Positions 10,100-22,369 of a DNA stretch of 64,000 nucleotides are shown here, one piece after another. Origin of the DNA: Thermoanaerobaculia bacterium. Lineage in GTDB: Bacteria > Acidobacteriota > Thermoanaerobaculia > Multivoradales > J023. Every line of letters starts with the position of its first letter. Position 1 is the stretch's first letter. The stretch is from contig JAUIJL010000030.1 of assembly GCA_030431255.1 (NCBI GenBank), forward strand, positions 23,572 through 87,571, written 5' to 3'. The notes beneath the pieces are model-generated. The model did no database searches and was not told where the DNA came from. It saw nothing but the letters and a program-made list of their open reading frames with translations. A program made the translations under genes and the position numbers.

Positions 10100-11359
10100 T
10101 CAGTCCCCCGGAAAGGTAAGGGAAGGTCGCAACGGCGATTCGGAAAGCAAGGGTTCGAGCAGAACGGACTCCGCCATCTTGCCCAATATCTGGTCAGGTG
10201 ATGTCTGCTCTGCTGTCCCGGATAGCTCTTCGCCGGCTGATGTCTTGGCCGCCGATAGGATCTGATCGCGGTCGTGACTGGCGATCAATCCGCGAAAGAT
10301 GGACGACTCGACGCCGGTGAGCTCGAATTCCCAGAGACCCTTGCCGCCGGCTTGCTTCAAATACCGCTCGATATGCTCCAAGGTATCGCCTTCCGGCTCC
10401 CGCAGGCGCATGGCCCGCAGGAGGGAGCCGTGATCGGGCATCAGCATCAGCAGGGCGAGCAGGAATCGCGCATTGGGTTGGCGGACTCGTTTGCGGGCTT
10501 GCTCCACTTTGCGCACCCGAAGCTGCTCCACACAGACTTCCCAGAGCAGCTCGACCACCGGGCCATGGGATCTCCGAGCGAGCTGGAAGCATTGGTTGAA
10601 GAAAGCTCGCTCCACCCGATTCCGGTTCAAATTGAGCATGTCCAACGCCCAAAACACGGACTCCAGATCGCCGTCGCTCAAGAGGTTGGGCAAGTAGGTC
10701 GTGAGCCCTTCCAGCTCCCCCTTCAACATGCCGTCGAGCAAGATCAGCCGACGCTGACGCAGGGTGTCCGGCACGGTCGAGCCGATGCCGAGACCGGGAT
10801 ACAAATATCGCAGCTGAGGCAAACGATCCGTGTCTTGGCGAGTGCGGACCACCACGGTGACCGACGGAGCGTCGAGGTGAAAGAGCTGATGGATCAAGCG
10901 ATCTCCGGAACGAATCGGCTTGAAATCCCCCACGGCCAGCAGCTCCGTGGACTCCAAAGCCAGCCGACCCGTGCGCAGGCTCGAGCTGAGCCGATGCTCG
11001 GTTTCGAAAGACCAATGGCTGTGCACGCTCGAGCCGGCCAAGACGTAGAACGCCCCGGAGAATCCATGGTCGTGGATGTGGGTCGTGCCCGTGCGCCAGA
11101 AGAGCACCTCGATGTAGAAACGGGAGCTGTCGAAGAGCAAGATCGGCGGCTCACCGAAGAGGCGGGCGAGCTGGGGTTGTTGCAGACCGTGGTGGGAGCC
11201 GAAGATCCAATCGTAGATATCGGTGAGCGCAATTCGATCGGCAGGCGGGTCCTTGCGCAGGTGCTCGCAGACCAAGTCCGGGAACCGCTCCTCGTCGTAA
11301 TGGCAGGATCGCCACGCATCCTCGATCTGATGTCCCAGCCGGCGAAAATACTCGATCAT
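10100..11359 (-). CDS. Hypothetical protein with a cupin (cysteine-dioxygenase-like, HxH...H) domain and helical C-terminus
   Basis: 'TTHIHDHGFSGAFYVLAGSSVH...LIHQLFHLDAPSVTVVVRT'; start overlaps the lpxL stop (ATGA at 11356-11359). Confidence 0.65.
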   Translation of the reverse strand: MIEYFRRLGHQIEDAWRSCHYDEERFPDLVCEHLRKDPPADRIALTDIYDWIFGSHHGLQQPQLARLFGEPPILLFDSSRFYIEVLFWRTGTTHIHDHGFSGAFYVLAGSSVHSHWSFETEHRLSSSLRTGRLALESTELLAVGDFKPIRSGDRLIHQLFHLDAPSVTVVVRTRQDTDRLPQLRYLYPGLGIGSTVPDTLRQRRLILLDGMLKGELEGLTTYLPNLLSDGDLESVFWALDMLNLNRNRVERAFFNQCFQLARRSHGPVVELLWEVCVEQLRVRKVEQARKRVRQPNARFLLALLMLMPDHGSLLRAMRLREPEGDTLEHIERYLKQAGGKGLWEFELTGVESSIFRGLIASHDRDQILSAAKTSAGEELSGTAEQTSPDQILGKMAESVLLEPLLSESPLRPSLTFPGD

Positions 11360-12336
11360 GGATCTTGCTCGCGGGATTCGTTTTGGATTTCAAGCGCAGG
11401 GCTAGCCAACCCATCGGTTTCGCCGGGAGGTCGGCGACGCCAACGACGGTGCATCCAAACCCATTGCTCAGGGCGACGTCGGATCTGTGCTTCGATGGCG
11501 GCGGTCATGAGCGCCGTGGCCTCGGTGGCGTCGGCCGGCAGCTGCAGAGCGGCATGAAAGGTCACCCGGTGTCGTCCATTTTCCAGCCGCTCGGCAAAGG
11601 TGGGCACCACGTCCGCGCCCAATCGCAGGGCCAAATCCGCGGCGGCCGTGGGCGTGTGGGCGAGCTTACCGAAGAACGGCACCCACACCCCGTCGGTGCG
11701 GATGTCTTGATCGATCAACATGGCCAGGCAGCCGCCGGACTTGACGGTTTTGAGCATTTGACGGCTCGACTTCCGACTACCCCGCGCGATCGCCTCGGAG
11801 CCGAGGTGGGCCCGCAGATCCACCGTCAGCCGTTGCAAGCCTTCATCGTCGAAACCGCGGGTCATGGCCGCCAGACCCAATCCGTGGCTGTGGTTGGCGC
11901 AGGAGATCAGCTCCCAATTGCCGCAGTGGGCGGTCAGCACCACGATCGGTCGACCGGTCTGTCGAATCCGCTCGATTTCCTCGAATCCCACCACCTCTAC
12001 GTATCGGCTCGCCCGGGCGGGAGATCGGCCCCAGACGTGCAACAGCTCGAAGAGGCACATGCCCAAATGACGGAAGGTGCGCTGGGTCAGCTGCCGGCGC
12101 TCCTGGTCCGAGAGCTCGGGAAAGGCCAGCTCCAGGTGGGTCCACGAGCGTCGGCGGTCACGACCGGCGAGGCCGACGGCCAAGCGTCCGAATCCGGCCC
12201 CAAACGCCTGGCACCACGACCAGGGAAGCAGGCCGAAGAAACCACGCAGCAGCCGCAGCAAGGGCGCCAGGGCCACGGCGCGGAACCCACGGCGCAGTCG
12301 TTGGATGGCGGTGGATCGCCGCCGGACCTCGGCCAT
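11356..12336 (-). CDS. lpxL: Lipid A late acyltransferase (LpxL/HtrB family)
   Basis: HCGNWE (HxxxxE), LIDQD, VPFFG and PEQWVWMHRRW; sits in the Kdo operon. Confidence 0.88.
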   Translation of the reverse strand: MAEVRRRSTAIQRLRRGFRAVALAPLLRLLRGFFGLLPWSWCQAFGAGFGRLAVGLAGRDRRRSWTHLELAFPELSDQERRQLTQRTFRHLGMCLFELLHVWGRSPARASRYVEVVGFEEIERIRQTGRPIVVLTAHCGNWELISCANHSHGLGLAAMTRGFDDEGLQRLTVDLRAHLGSEAIARGSRKSSRQMLKTVKSGGCLAMLIDQDIRTDGVWVPFFGKLAHTPTAAADLALRLGADVVPTFAERLENGRHRVTFHAALQLPADATEATALMTAAIEAQIRRRPEQWVWMHRRWRRRPPGETDGLASPALEIQNESREQDP

Positions 12337-12342
12337 GGGCGC

Positions 12343-12906
12343 TCAGGACTCCAGGGAATACGCGGCCACCAAGCGCCGCCAATCACCGCGGGCTTGTAGG
12401 ATCAGCTCGATCATCTCGCGCGCAACCCCGTGACCGCCGGAGGTCGTCAGCACCCGATCCACGACCGCTTGCACCTCATCGACCGCGTCGCTCGGACAAA
12501 AGGCCAAGCCGCAACGACCCAGAACCGCCAAGTCGATCAAGTCGTCCCCGACAAAAGCCACCCGACCCGCGGCCACCTGCCGTCGTTCGAGGAAGGCATC
12601 GAAGTCGGCGGCTTTATTTTTCGAGCCGAGGATCATCTCGTCGACCCCGAGATCTTTGGCGCGCCGCTCAAGGGGACGGCTGCGTCGACCGGTGAAAATT
12701 CCGATGTGAAGCCCGGCCTTTTGGGCCAGCTTGAAGGCCAAGCCGTCCCGCACGTGGAAGGCTTTGATCTCCTCGCCCTTCGCGGTGTACCAGAGACGAC
12801 CATCGGTGAGCACGCCATCGACGTCGAAGAGCAGCCATTCGAGCCGAGTCGCCCGCTGGACGAAAGACTCATCGAAGGATTCACCGAGGGGCTCACCGTG
12901 CTTCAA
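12343..12906 (-). CDS. kdsC: KDO-8-phosphate phosphatase (HAD family)
   Basis: FDVDGVLTDG, FHVRDG, FVGDDLID and GGHGVARE. Confidence 0.93.
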   Translation of the reverse strand: MKHGEPLGESFDESFVQRATRLEWLLFDVDGVLTDGRLWYTAKGEEIKAFHVRDGLAFKLAQKAGLHIGIFTGRRSRPLERRAKDLGVDEMILGSKNKAADFDAFLERRQVAAGRVAFVGDDLIDLAVLGRCGLAFCPSDAVDEVQAVVDRVLTTSGGHGVAREMIELILQARGDWRRLVAAYSLES

Positions 12907-13906
12907 AACAGCTCCAAACGCCAGAGATCATGGATGTGCAAGGCACCCTGCAGCCGGCCTTCGTCGTCGGTGACGAAGAGGCTGGTGATGCGAAACGCTT
13001 CCATCTGCCCCAAAGCCGCCGACGCCAGCTGATCGCCGGAGATGGTGCGCGGTCCCGTGGTCATGCCTTTTTCCGCGGGTTGATCCCAGGCCACGTCCCC
13101 TTCCTGCAGCATCCGACGCAAATCGCCGTCGGAAATACAGCCCAGCAGCCGATGGTCGGCGTCGACCACGGCGGTGATGCCGAGCCCCTTGCCCGACATC
13201 TGCAGGATGGCGTCGCGCATGGACGCGTCGGCGCTCACCATCGGTAGCTGATCGCCGGTGTGCATCAGCTCCGAGACCTTGAGCAGCCGTTTGCCCAGGC
13301 GTCCACCGGGATGGAGCTGGGCGAAGTCCTCGGGGGTGAAGCCGCGGACCTCCAGCAGCGCCATGGCCAAGGCGTCGCCCAAGGCCAGGGTCGCGGTGGT
13401 CGAGGCCGTGGGAGCCAGGTCGAGGGGACACGCTTCCTTGTCGATCTCGGTCCGGAGATGCACGTCCGCGTGACGGGCCAGCGGGCTTTGGCTATTGCCG
13501 GTCATCACCAGCAGGGGCACGCCGAGCCGTTTGACGATCTCCACCAGACGCAACAGCTCCTCGGTGGTGCCCGAGTAGGAGGCGGCGAGCACCACGTCGT
13601 CGCGGGTGATCATGCCCAAATCGCCGTGGATCGCCTCGGCGGGATGCAAAAACAAGGACGGCGTGCCGGTGGACGCCAGGGTGGCGGTGATCTTCTTGAG
13701 CACCAAGCCGCTCTTGCCCATGCCCGTGCACACAAGGCGGCCCTTGCACGATCGGATGATCTCCACCGCACGGTCGAAGCTCTCGTCCAGCTGATCGATC
13801 AGCCCACGCACCGCCATGGCTTCGAGCTCGATCACCCAGCGTGCGACTTCCCGAGGCGGCCGTCCGGCGGTGGCGCCGGAAGACGCAGTGGGCGCGGCCG
13901 ACGGGC

Positions 13907-13910
<4 letters not shown>
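12903..13910 (-). CDS. kdsD: Arabinose-5-phosphate isomerase (KpsF/GutQ; SIS plus two CBS domains)
   Basis: GMGKSG, HPAEAIHGDLG, EACPLDLAPTASTT and HPGGRLG. Start set at ATG 13910, which overlaps the kdsA stop (ATGA). Confidence 0.93.
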
Positions 13911-17345
<3,435 letters not shown>

Positions 17346-17478
17346 CACAATGCTCTTGGGCGAGTGGGTCGATGTATGGGGTCGTCCCGGTGGAAGGGGA
17401 TCCGGCGCGAGCCGGTGCGTTCACCGGGATTCGACACTACCGCTGACGGCGCTATTCGTCAAACGGTGAACGGAGCTC

Positions 17479-17554
17479 CGTAGTGGCGGGGCTTGCCCCC
17501 GCCAGCTTCACTCCAACCCAAGACAAACGGGAGGGGACAAGCCCCTCCCCTACG
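17479..17554. repeat. Inverted pair of GTAG-type REP palindromes (REPIN-like)
   Basis: CGTAGTGGCGGGGCTTGCCCCCGCCA (17479-17504) and, on the minus strand, CGTAGGGGAGGGGCTTGTCCCCTCCC (17529-17554); related to the copy at 51563. Confidence 0.8.
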
Positions 17555-17706
17555 TAAGTAGTCTTTTTCAACGAATTCCGATCTGGCCCGGATCCCAAGC
17601 AGGAGGACGGCCGAAGCCATCCCAAGGAATCCAGGCGATCCCAAAGCAAAATGGGGATGGGCCGGAACCCATCCCCGAAAGCGATACATCTGCTCCGTGG
17701 CCTAGC

Positions 17707-18705
17707 CTACGGACAGGTGGCGAAGGCCAAGGTGTCCTGGATCGGCTGGAAGGGATCCGAGAGGTTGTTGTTGTAGATGCTGACTTGACCGGTCTCCGTG
17801 TCTTCGACGGTCAGCTCCACTTCCACGCTGGTCAGCCCACCGGCGAAGACCCAGAAATGGCCGTTGATGCCGCAACCGTCCAACACCTTGACCACCGCTT
17901 CCACGTTGGCTTGATCGAAGAACCAGAAATAACCCGTGTCGTCGGAGAGCACGATGGGTTGACCGTTACCGCGGGTGAGCTCGAAATTCTTCCACGAGGC
18001 GGTGACTTTGAAACGATCGCCGCGCAGCATCAGAGCCATGGGATCGAAATCGTCCTGGCGGGTGAAGGTGAAGGTGCCCAGGGGCGTTCCGTTGTTCATC
18101 GGCCCATAATTGCTGAGGGTGATCGGTGCCCGGGGCGAGGTATTGCTGTCGTTGGCGGTGTAGGAGCCGCCGTTGTCGGTGCCGGCGTCCCAGCCGTAGA
18201 GGGTGACCACTTTCTCGGTGACCCAGTCGCCGTTTTCGACCAGTGACAAACCCGAAACTCCGACGAACCAATCGGGGCTCGGCGCCACCATGGACACCAG
18301 GGTCAGCAGCGGATAGTTGCGGGTCACGGTGAACGTGGTGCTGATGCTGCCCGGAGACACCGCGATGCCTCCGGCGGAGATCACCGCCCTCGCGGTGCCG
18401 GCGTCGACCGCCGCCTGAACCTCGGCGTCCAGCGGGCTCTGCTGACCGCGCTCCGCCATCTCCTCCATGCCGTCACTGGCAATGCCACCCTCTTCCCAAA
18501 AGCTCACCTGATCGTTGTGCACGCCACCGATCAGACCCGAAAAGTGGGGGTTGGAGGGGAAGTTATTGGGGTGGGTTTGGGCGCTCCAATCGGCTTTGAA
18601 GCGCACACGGTAGATCGCTGATTCCGTGCCTTGGGCTTCCAGGACGGCGCCAGTCGTCAGCGTGACCAGGGTGAATAGGCAGGTGGCAAGGGTGAAACGT
18701 CTCAA
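17707..18705 (-). CDS. Secreted Spondin_N-domain protein with a C-terminal 'FWFF...VKVLDGC' domain
   Basis: WSAQTHP..FP.NPHFS.LIG, MVAPSPDWFVG and WDAGTD (spondin); C-terminal GYFWFFDQANVEAVVKVLDGCGINGHFWVF. Start moved to TTG 18705, which follows AAGGAG and opens a signal peptide. Confidence 0.85.
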   Translation of the reverse strand: MRRFTLATCLFTLVTLTTGAVLEAQGTESAIYRVRFKADWSAQTHPNNFPSNPHFSGLIGGVHNDQVSFWEEGGIASDGMEEMAERGQQSPLDAEVQAAVDAGTARAVISAGGIAVSPGSISTTFTVTRNYPLLTLVSMVAPSPDWFVGVSGLSLVENGDWVTEKVVTLYGWDAGTDNGGSYTANDSNTSPRAPITLSNYGPMNNGTPLGTFTFTRQDDFDPMALMLRGDRFKVTASWKNFELTRGNGQPIVLSDDTGYFWFFDQANVEAVVKVLDGCGINGHFWVFAGGLTSVEVELTVEDTETGQVSIYNNNLSDPFQPIQDTLAFATCP

Positions 18706-18870
18706 GGGTATTCTCCTTAAATCTCTACCATAGTATCTATACAAACGATCGAAGCGAGAATCGATGGTGGGGGGGGCACGATAGCGATGCGTTTCCAGCA
18801 CATACGGGCGAGCCCGATCCTTGGACGTGCCGTGACCGAGATCGACCCCAACTTTCGCGAAAAATTGTGC

Positions 18871-18901
18871 TTGCACCTCACGCAACGTGAGGTCTTAGGC
18901 T
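18871..18901 (+). promoter_or_regulatory. MerR/TipA-type promoter-operator (19-bp spacer containing a dyad)
   Basis: TTGCAC (18871-76), a 19-bp spacer, then TAGGCT (18896-901); the dyad ACCTCACG-CAA-CGTGAGGT (18875-18893) lies directly upstream of a MerR gene. Confidence 0.85.
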
Positions 18902-18985
18902 GGTTTCAGGTCACGAGCTTCGGCTCGAGCCTATTTCACTGAGCCCTCGACGAGAACAAGCCTTTCGAAGCGAGAAGATCACATC

Positions 18986-19786
18986 ATGAATGACCAGAAG
19001 CCTTCCATCAACAGCGCCGAGATCGACCGCAGCCCCGATGACCGTGACCTCGAAGAGCGTGAGATCAAGGTCGGTGAGCTGGCCGAGCGCACGGGCATTT
19101 CAGTCCGAGCTTTGCATCATTACGACGAGATCGGATTGCTGTCGCCGTCGAGCCGCACCGCCGCCGGGCACCGGCTCTACGATCGGGACGCCCTGTTGCG
19201 CTTGCAACAGATCTTGTCCCTACGCCGACTCGGGCTTTCCCTGGAAGAAACCCGGGAGATGCTGGTCAACCCCAGCACCTCGCCGCTGTCGGTGATCGAA
19301 GCCCATCTCGCCAAGCTCAGGAGAAATATTCGGCTCGAGCTGGAGCTCTGTGACCGTCTCGAGGTGCTCGCCGAGCGCCTCAAGCGGTCGGACACCGTGT
19401 CCACCCGCCTTCTTCTCACCAGCTTGGAGACCACCGTCATGATCGAAAAATACTATAGCCCCGACCAGCTCAAAGAGCTCGAAGCCCGTGGCCGGGCCCT
19501 CGGCAGCGAGGCGATCGAAGCCGCCCAGCGGGAATGGCTGGAGCTGATCGAACGGGCGCGCACGGAAATGGAGAATGGATCCCCGCCGGACGCCGAGCCC
19601 GTGGCGATCATCGCCCGCCGATGGCGCGAGCTGATCCAAGCCTTCACCGGCGGCAACCCGGGCATCGAATTCTCGTTGTCGAAGATGTGGCAAGAGCAAC
19701 CCCAAATGGGTCAACAGCACGGCATGAACCTAGATCCCGAGCTGATGGCCTACATGGGCAAAGCCATGGCCGCCCTCGGTGACTAG
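18986..19786 (+). CDS. MerR-family regulator with a TipAS-like C-terminal ligand-binding domain
   Basis: KVGELAERTGISVRALHHYDEIGLLSP...GHRLY (MerR HTH); C-terminal 'W..LI......G.PP....V..IARRW..LI..FTGG' is TipAS-like. Confidence 0.9.
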   Translation: MNDQKPSINSAEIDRSPDDRDLEEREIKVGELAERTGISVRALHHYDEIGLLSPSSRTAAGHRLYDRDALLRLQQILSLRRLGLSLEETREMLVNPSTSPLSVIEAHLAKLRRNIRLELELCDRLEVLAERLKRSDTVSTRLLLTSLETTVMIEKYYSPDQLKELEARGRALGSEAIEAAQREWLELIERARTEMENGSPPDAEPVAIIARRWRELIQAFTGGNPGIEFSLSKMWQEQPQMGQQHGMNLDPELMAYMGKAMAALGD

Positions 19787-19849
19787 GGATCCCTGAACCT
19801 TCGGCTCTCCTTTGCGTAGTGAACACAGCACGACCAAAGGAGAGCCCTC

Positions 19850-22267
19850 TTGTTGCTCCGAGACCTTCGATTTGCCCTGCGCAGCATCCGCAAAAACCCC
19901 GGATTCTCTCTCGCCGCCATTCTGACCCTGGCCCTGGGGATCGGCGCCAATACCGCGATTTTCAGCCTCATCCACGGGGTTTTGCTGGAGCCTCTCCCCT
20001 ATCGAGACGGCGACGATTTGGTGGTGCTTCGCCAAAGCACCGCGGACATTGAAAACGTCCCGTTTTCGATCGCGGAATTCTTCGACTACCGCGACCAAAG
20101 CCGCCAGATGCAGCTGGTGGAATATCACTCCATGAGCTTCACTCTGCTCGGCCAAGGGGAGCCTCAACGGGTCTCTACGGGCGTGGTCTCCCACGATTTC
20201 TTCGACGTGCTCGGCGTGACCCCGTCCCACGGCCGTTTCTTTACCGAAGCGGACGAAGCCCATGGTGCCGAAGCCGTTTTGATCCTCAGCCACGGCTATT
20301 GGCAGAGGCAATTCGGCGGCGATCCGCAGGTCGTCGGCCGCGTTTTCGAAATGAACAACCGTCCCCACACGGTGGTGGGCGTATTGCCCCCGATCCCCCA
20401 ATTTCCCAACGAGCATGAAATCTACATGCCCACCTCCGCATGTCCGTTCCGGGCCGCCGGACAACAGGCCATGCACGAAAACCGCGGCGCCTTCAGGGGC
20501 CTGACGGTCTTCGGCCGCCTGCACGACGGCTCGTCGGTGGACCAAGCCCAAAGCGAGGTGGCCGGCCTAGCCCAGCGTTTTTCCAAGGAATACCCGGAAA
20601 TCTACGACCTGGCTCCAGGATTCGGCGCCGCAGCCTCTCCCCTACAAGAGGAGCTGACCAAGGACGCCCGGCCCATGCTCTGGATCTTGCTCGCCACCAC
20701 TGCCCTGGTGCTGCTTTTGGCCTGCATGAACGTCGCCAATCTGACCCTCGCTCGCCTGCTCCGACGTCAGCGGGAAATGGCCATTCGCACCTCCCTCGGC
20801 GCCGGCCGGAGCACCCTGGTGCGCCAAATCACGGTGGAGTCGGCCCTGCTCGCCCTGGCGGGAGCGGTGGTGGGCTTGGGGGTCGCGTACGCCGGTCTCG
20901 AGCTTTTGGTGCATTTCACCGCCCGATTTACACCCAGGGCGATCGGCATCGAGATCAACGGCACCGTGCTCATCTTCACCCTGCTCCTGGCGGTGGGCGC
21001 CAGCCTGTTGTTCGGCGCGGTGCCGGCGGCGGGGCAGCGCATTTCCCTCGCCGGGGTCGTCCGGGAAAGCGGACGTTCCTCAGACGGCAAGGGCAAGCTG
21101 CAAACCCGCGGCGCCCTGGTGGTGTTGCAGGTCGCCGCCTCGGTGGTTCTCTTGGTGGGAGCCGGGCTTCTGCTGCGCAGCTTCAGCGCCCTACAACAAG
21201 TCGACCCGGGATTCGACCCGGAAAACGTGATCAGCGCACGGGTTTCTTTGAATTGGTCGAAATACGCGGATCGGGAGTCCCGGGTCGCATTCTTCGATCG
21301 GCTCCTGGACGAGCTCCAAGGACACCCGGGCGTGGTGTCGGCGGCGATCGGCTCGGTCACCCCCTTGAGCCAGAACGGCGGCAATACCCAAACCTTCCGA
21401 ATCGAAGGTCGACCGCCGGAAGAAGGGGTCACCCAAACCCTCGACGTGCAATTCGTGACCGACGACCTCTTTGCAACCCTCGGCATTCCCCTCGAACGAG
21501 GGCGTCTCTTCGACAACCGGGATCACGCCGATTCCCTCGCCACCGCGGTGATCAGCCATTCCCTGGCGGGGCGGTATTGGCCCAAAGACGACCCCATCGG
21601 CCGGCGTCTATCCATGGACGGCGGCCAATCCTGGTTCGAAATCGTCGGCGTCGTGGGGGATGTCCGCCAATACGGCTTGGATCAAGCCGCCGCCGAGGAG
21701 CTGTACCGACCCTTGGCCCAAACCGGTATGTCCAATCGTGTCTTCGTCCGCACCCGGTCCGAGCCGGGCGCCATGGCCAACGATCTCAAGCAGGCCGTGC
21801 TGGCGGTCGATCCCGAGCAACCCATCGACCGCATCGAAACCCTCCAGGCCACCCGCGACGCCTCCCTCGCGACACCCAAAACGTCGGCCATGTTGCTGGC
21901 CCTTTTCGCCGGCCTCGCCCTGGCGATCACCGCCACGGGCGTCGGCAGCGTCATGGCTTGGTCGGTCGGTCAACGGACCCGAGAAATCGGTGTGCGGATG
22001 GCCCTCGGCGCCCGAGCGTCCGAGGTGTGGACCATGATCCTCAAACAAGGCTTGCGCCTCGTGCTCATCGGACTGGCCCTCGGCCTGGTGGGCGCCCTCG
22101 CCTTCGGTCACTTGCTCTCGGGTTATCTCTTCCAAACCCAAGCCTACGATCCCCTCACCCTCGGCCTCGTCGCCATCGTGCTGATCGCCGCCGCCGGCCT
22201 TGCCTGCGGGCTGCCGGCCCTGCGCGCCGTGAAGATCGATCCGTCGGTGGCATTGAGGGGGGATTAA
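19850..22267 (+). CDS. Duplicated MacB/FtsX-type ABC permease (ADOP-like, no adjacent ATPase)
   Basis: DLRFALRSIRKNPGFS..AILTLALGIGANTAIFS, ACMNVANL.LAR...R.REMAIR.SLGA and QRTREIGVRMALGA; AAGGAG precedes the TTG start. Confidence 0.92.
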   Translation: MLLRDLRFALRSIRKNPGFSLAAILTLALGIGANTAIFSLIHGVLLEPLPYRDGDDLVVLRQSTADIENVPFSIAEFFDYRDQSRQMQLVEYHSMSFTLLGQGEPQRVSTGVVSHDFFDVLGVTPSHGRFFTEADEAHGAEAVLILSHGYWQRQFGGDPQVVGRVFEMNNRPHTVVGVLPPIPQFPNEHEIYMPTSACPFRAAGQQAMHENRGAFRGLTVFGRLHDGSSVDQAQSEVAGLAQRFSKEYPEIYDLAPGFGAAASPLQEELTKDARPMLWILLATTALVLLLACMNVANLTLARLLRRQREMAIRTSLGAGRSTLVRQITVESALLALAGAVVGLGVAYAGLELLVHFTARFTPRAIGIEINGTVLIFTLLLAVGASLLFGAVPAAGQRISLAGVVRESGRSSDGKGKLQTRGALVVLQVAASVVLLVGAGLLLRSFSALQQVDPGFDPENVISARVSLNWSKYADRESRVAFFDRLLDELQGHPGVVSAAIGSVTPLSQNGGNTQTFRIEGRPPEEGVTQTLDVQFVTDDLFATLGIPLERGRLFDNRDHADSLATAVISHSLAGRYWPKDDPIGRRLSMDGGQSWFEIVGVVGDVRQYGLDQAAAEELYRPLAQTGMSNRVFVRTRSEPGAMANDLKQAVLAVDPEQPIDRIETLQATRDASLATPKTSAMLLALFAGLALAITATGVGSVMAWSVGQRTREIGVRMALGARASEVWTMILKQGLRLVLIGLALGLVGALAFGHLLSGYLFQTQAYDPLTLGLVAIVLIAAAGLACGLPALRAVKIDPSVALRGD

Positions 22268-22369
22268 GGCGCGGGGAGATGGAAGCGGGCGAAATCTAGT
22301 CGAAGCTAAGAGCGAGTCGAGAGTAAATGGACTCTCGTTCGTCGTCCATGGCTGAGATAGGCTTCAGCC

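Noticed and set aside
18706-18885. N-terminal extensions in the ORF track for the Spondin gene (also 40729-40908, 40099-40188 and 13911-13952)
   Set aside because: Downstream starts have better RBS, signal-peptide or stop-overlap support, and the Spondin extension would run through the MerR operator.
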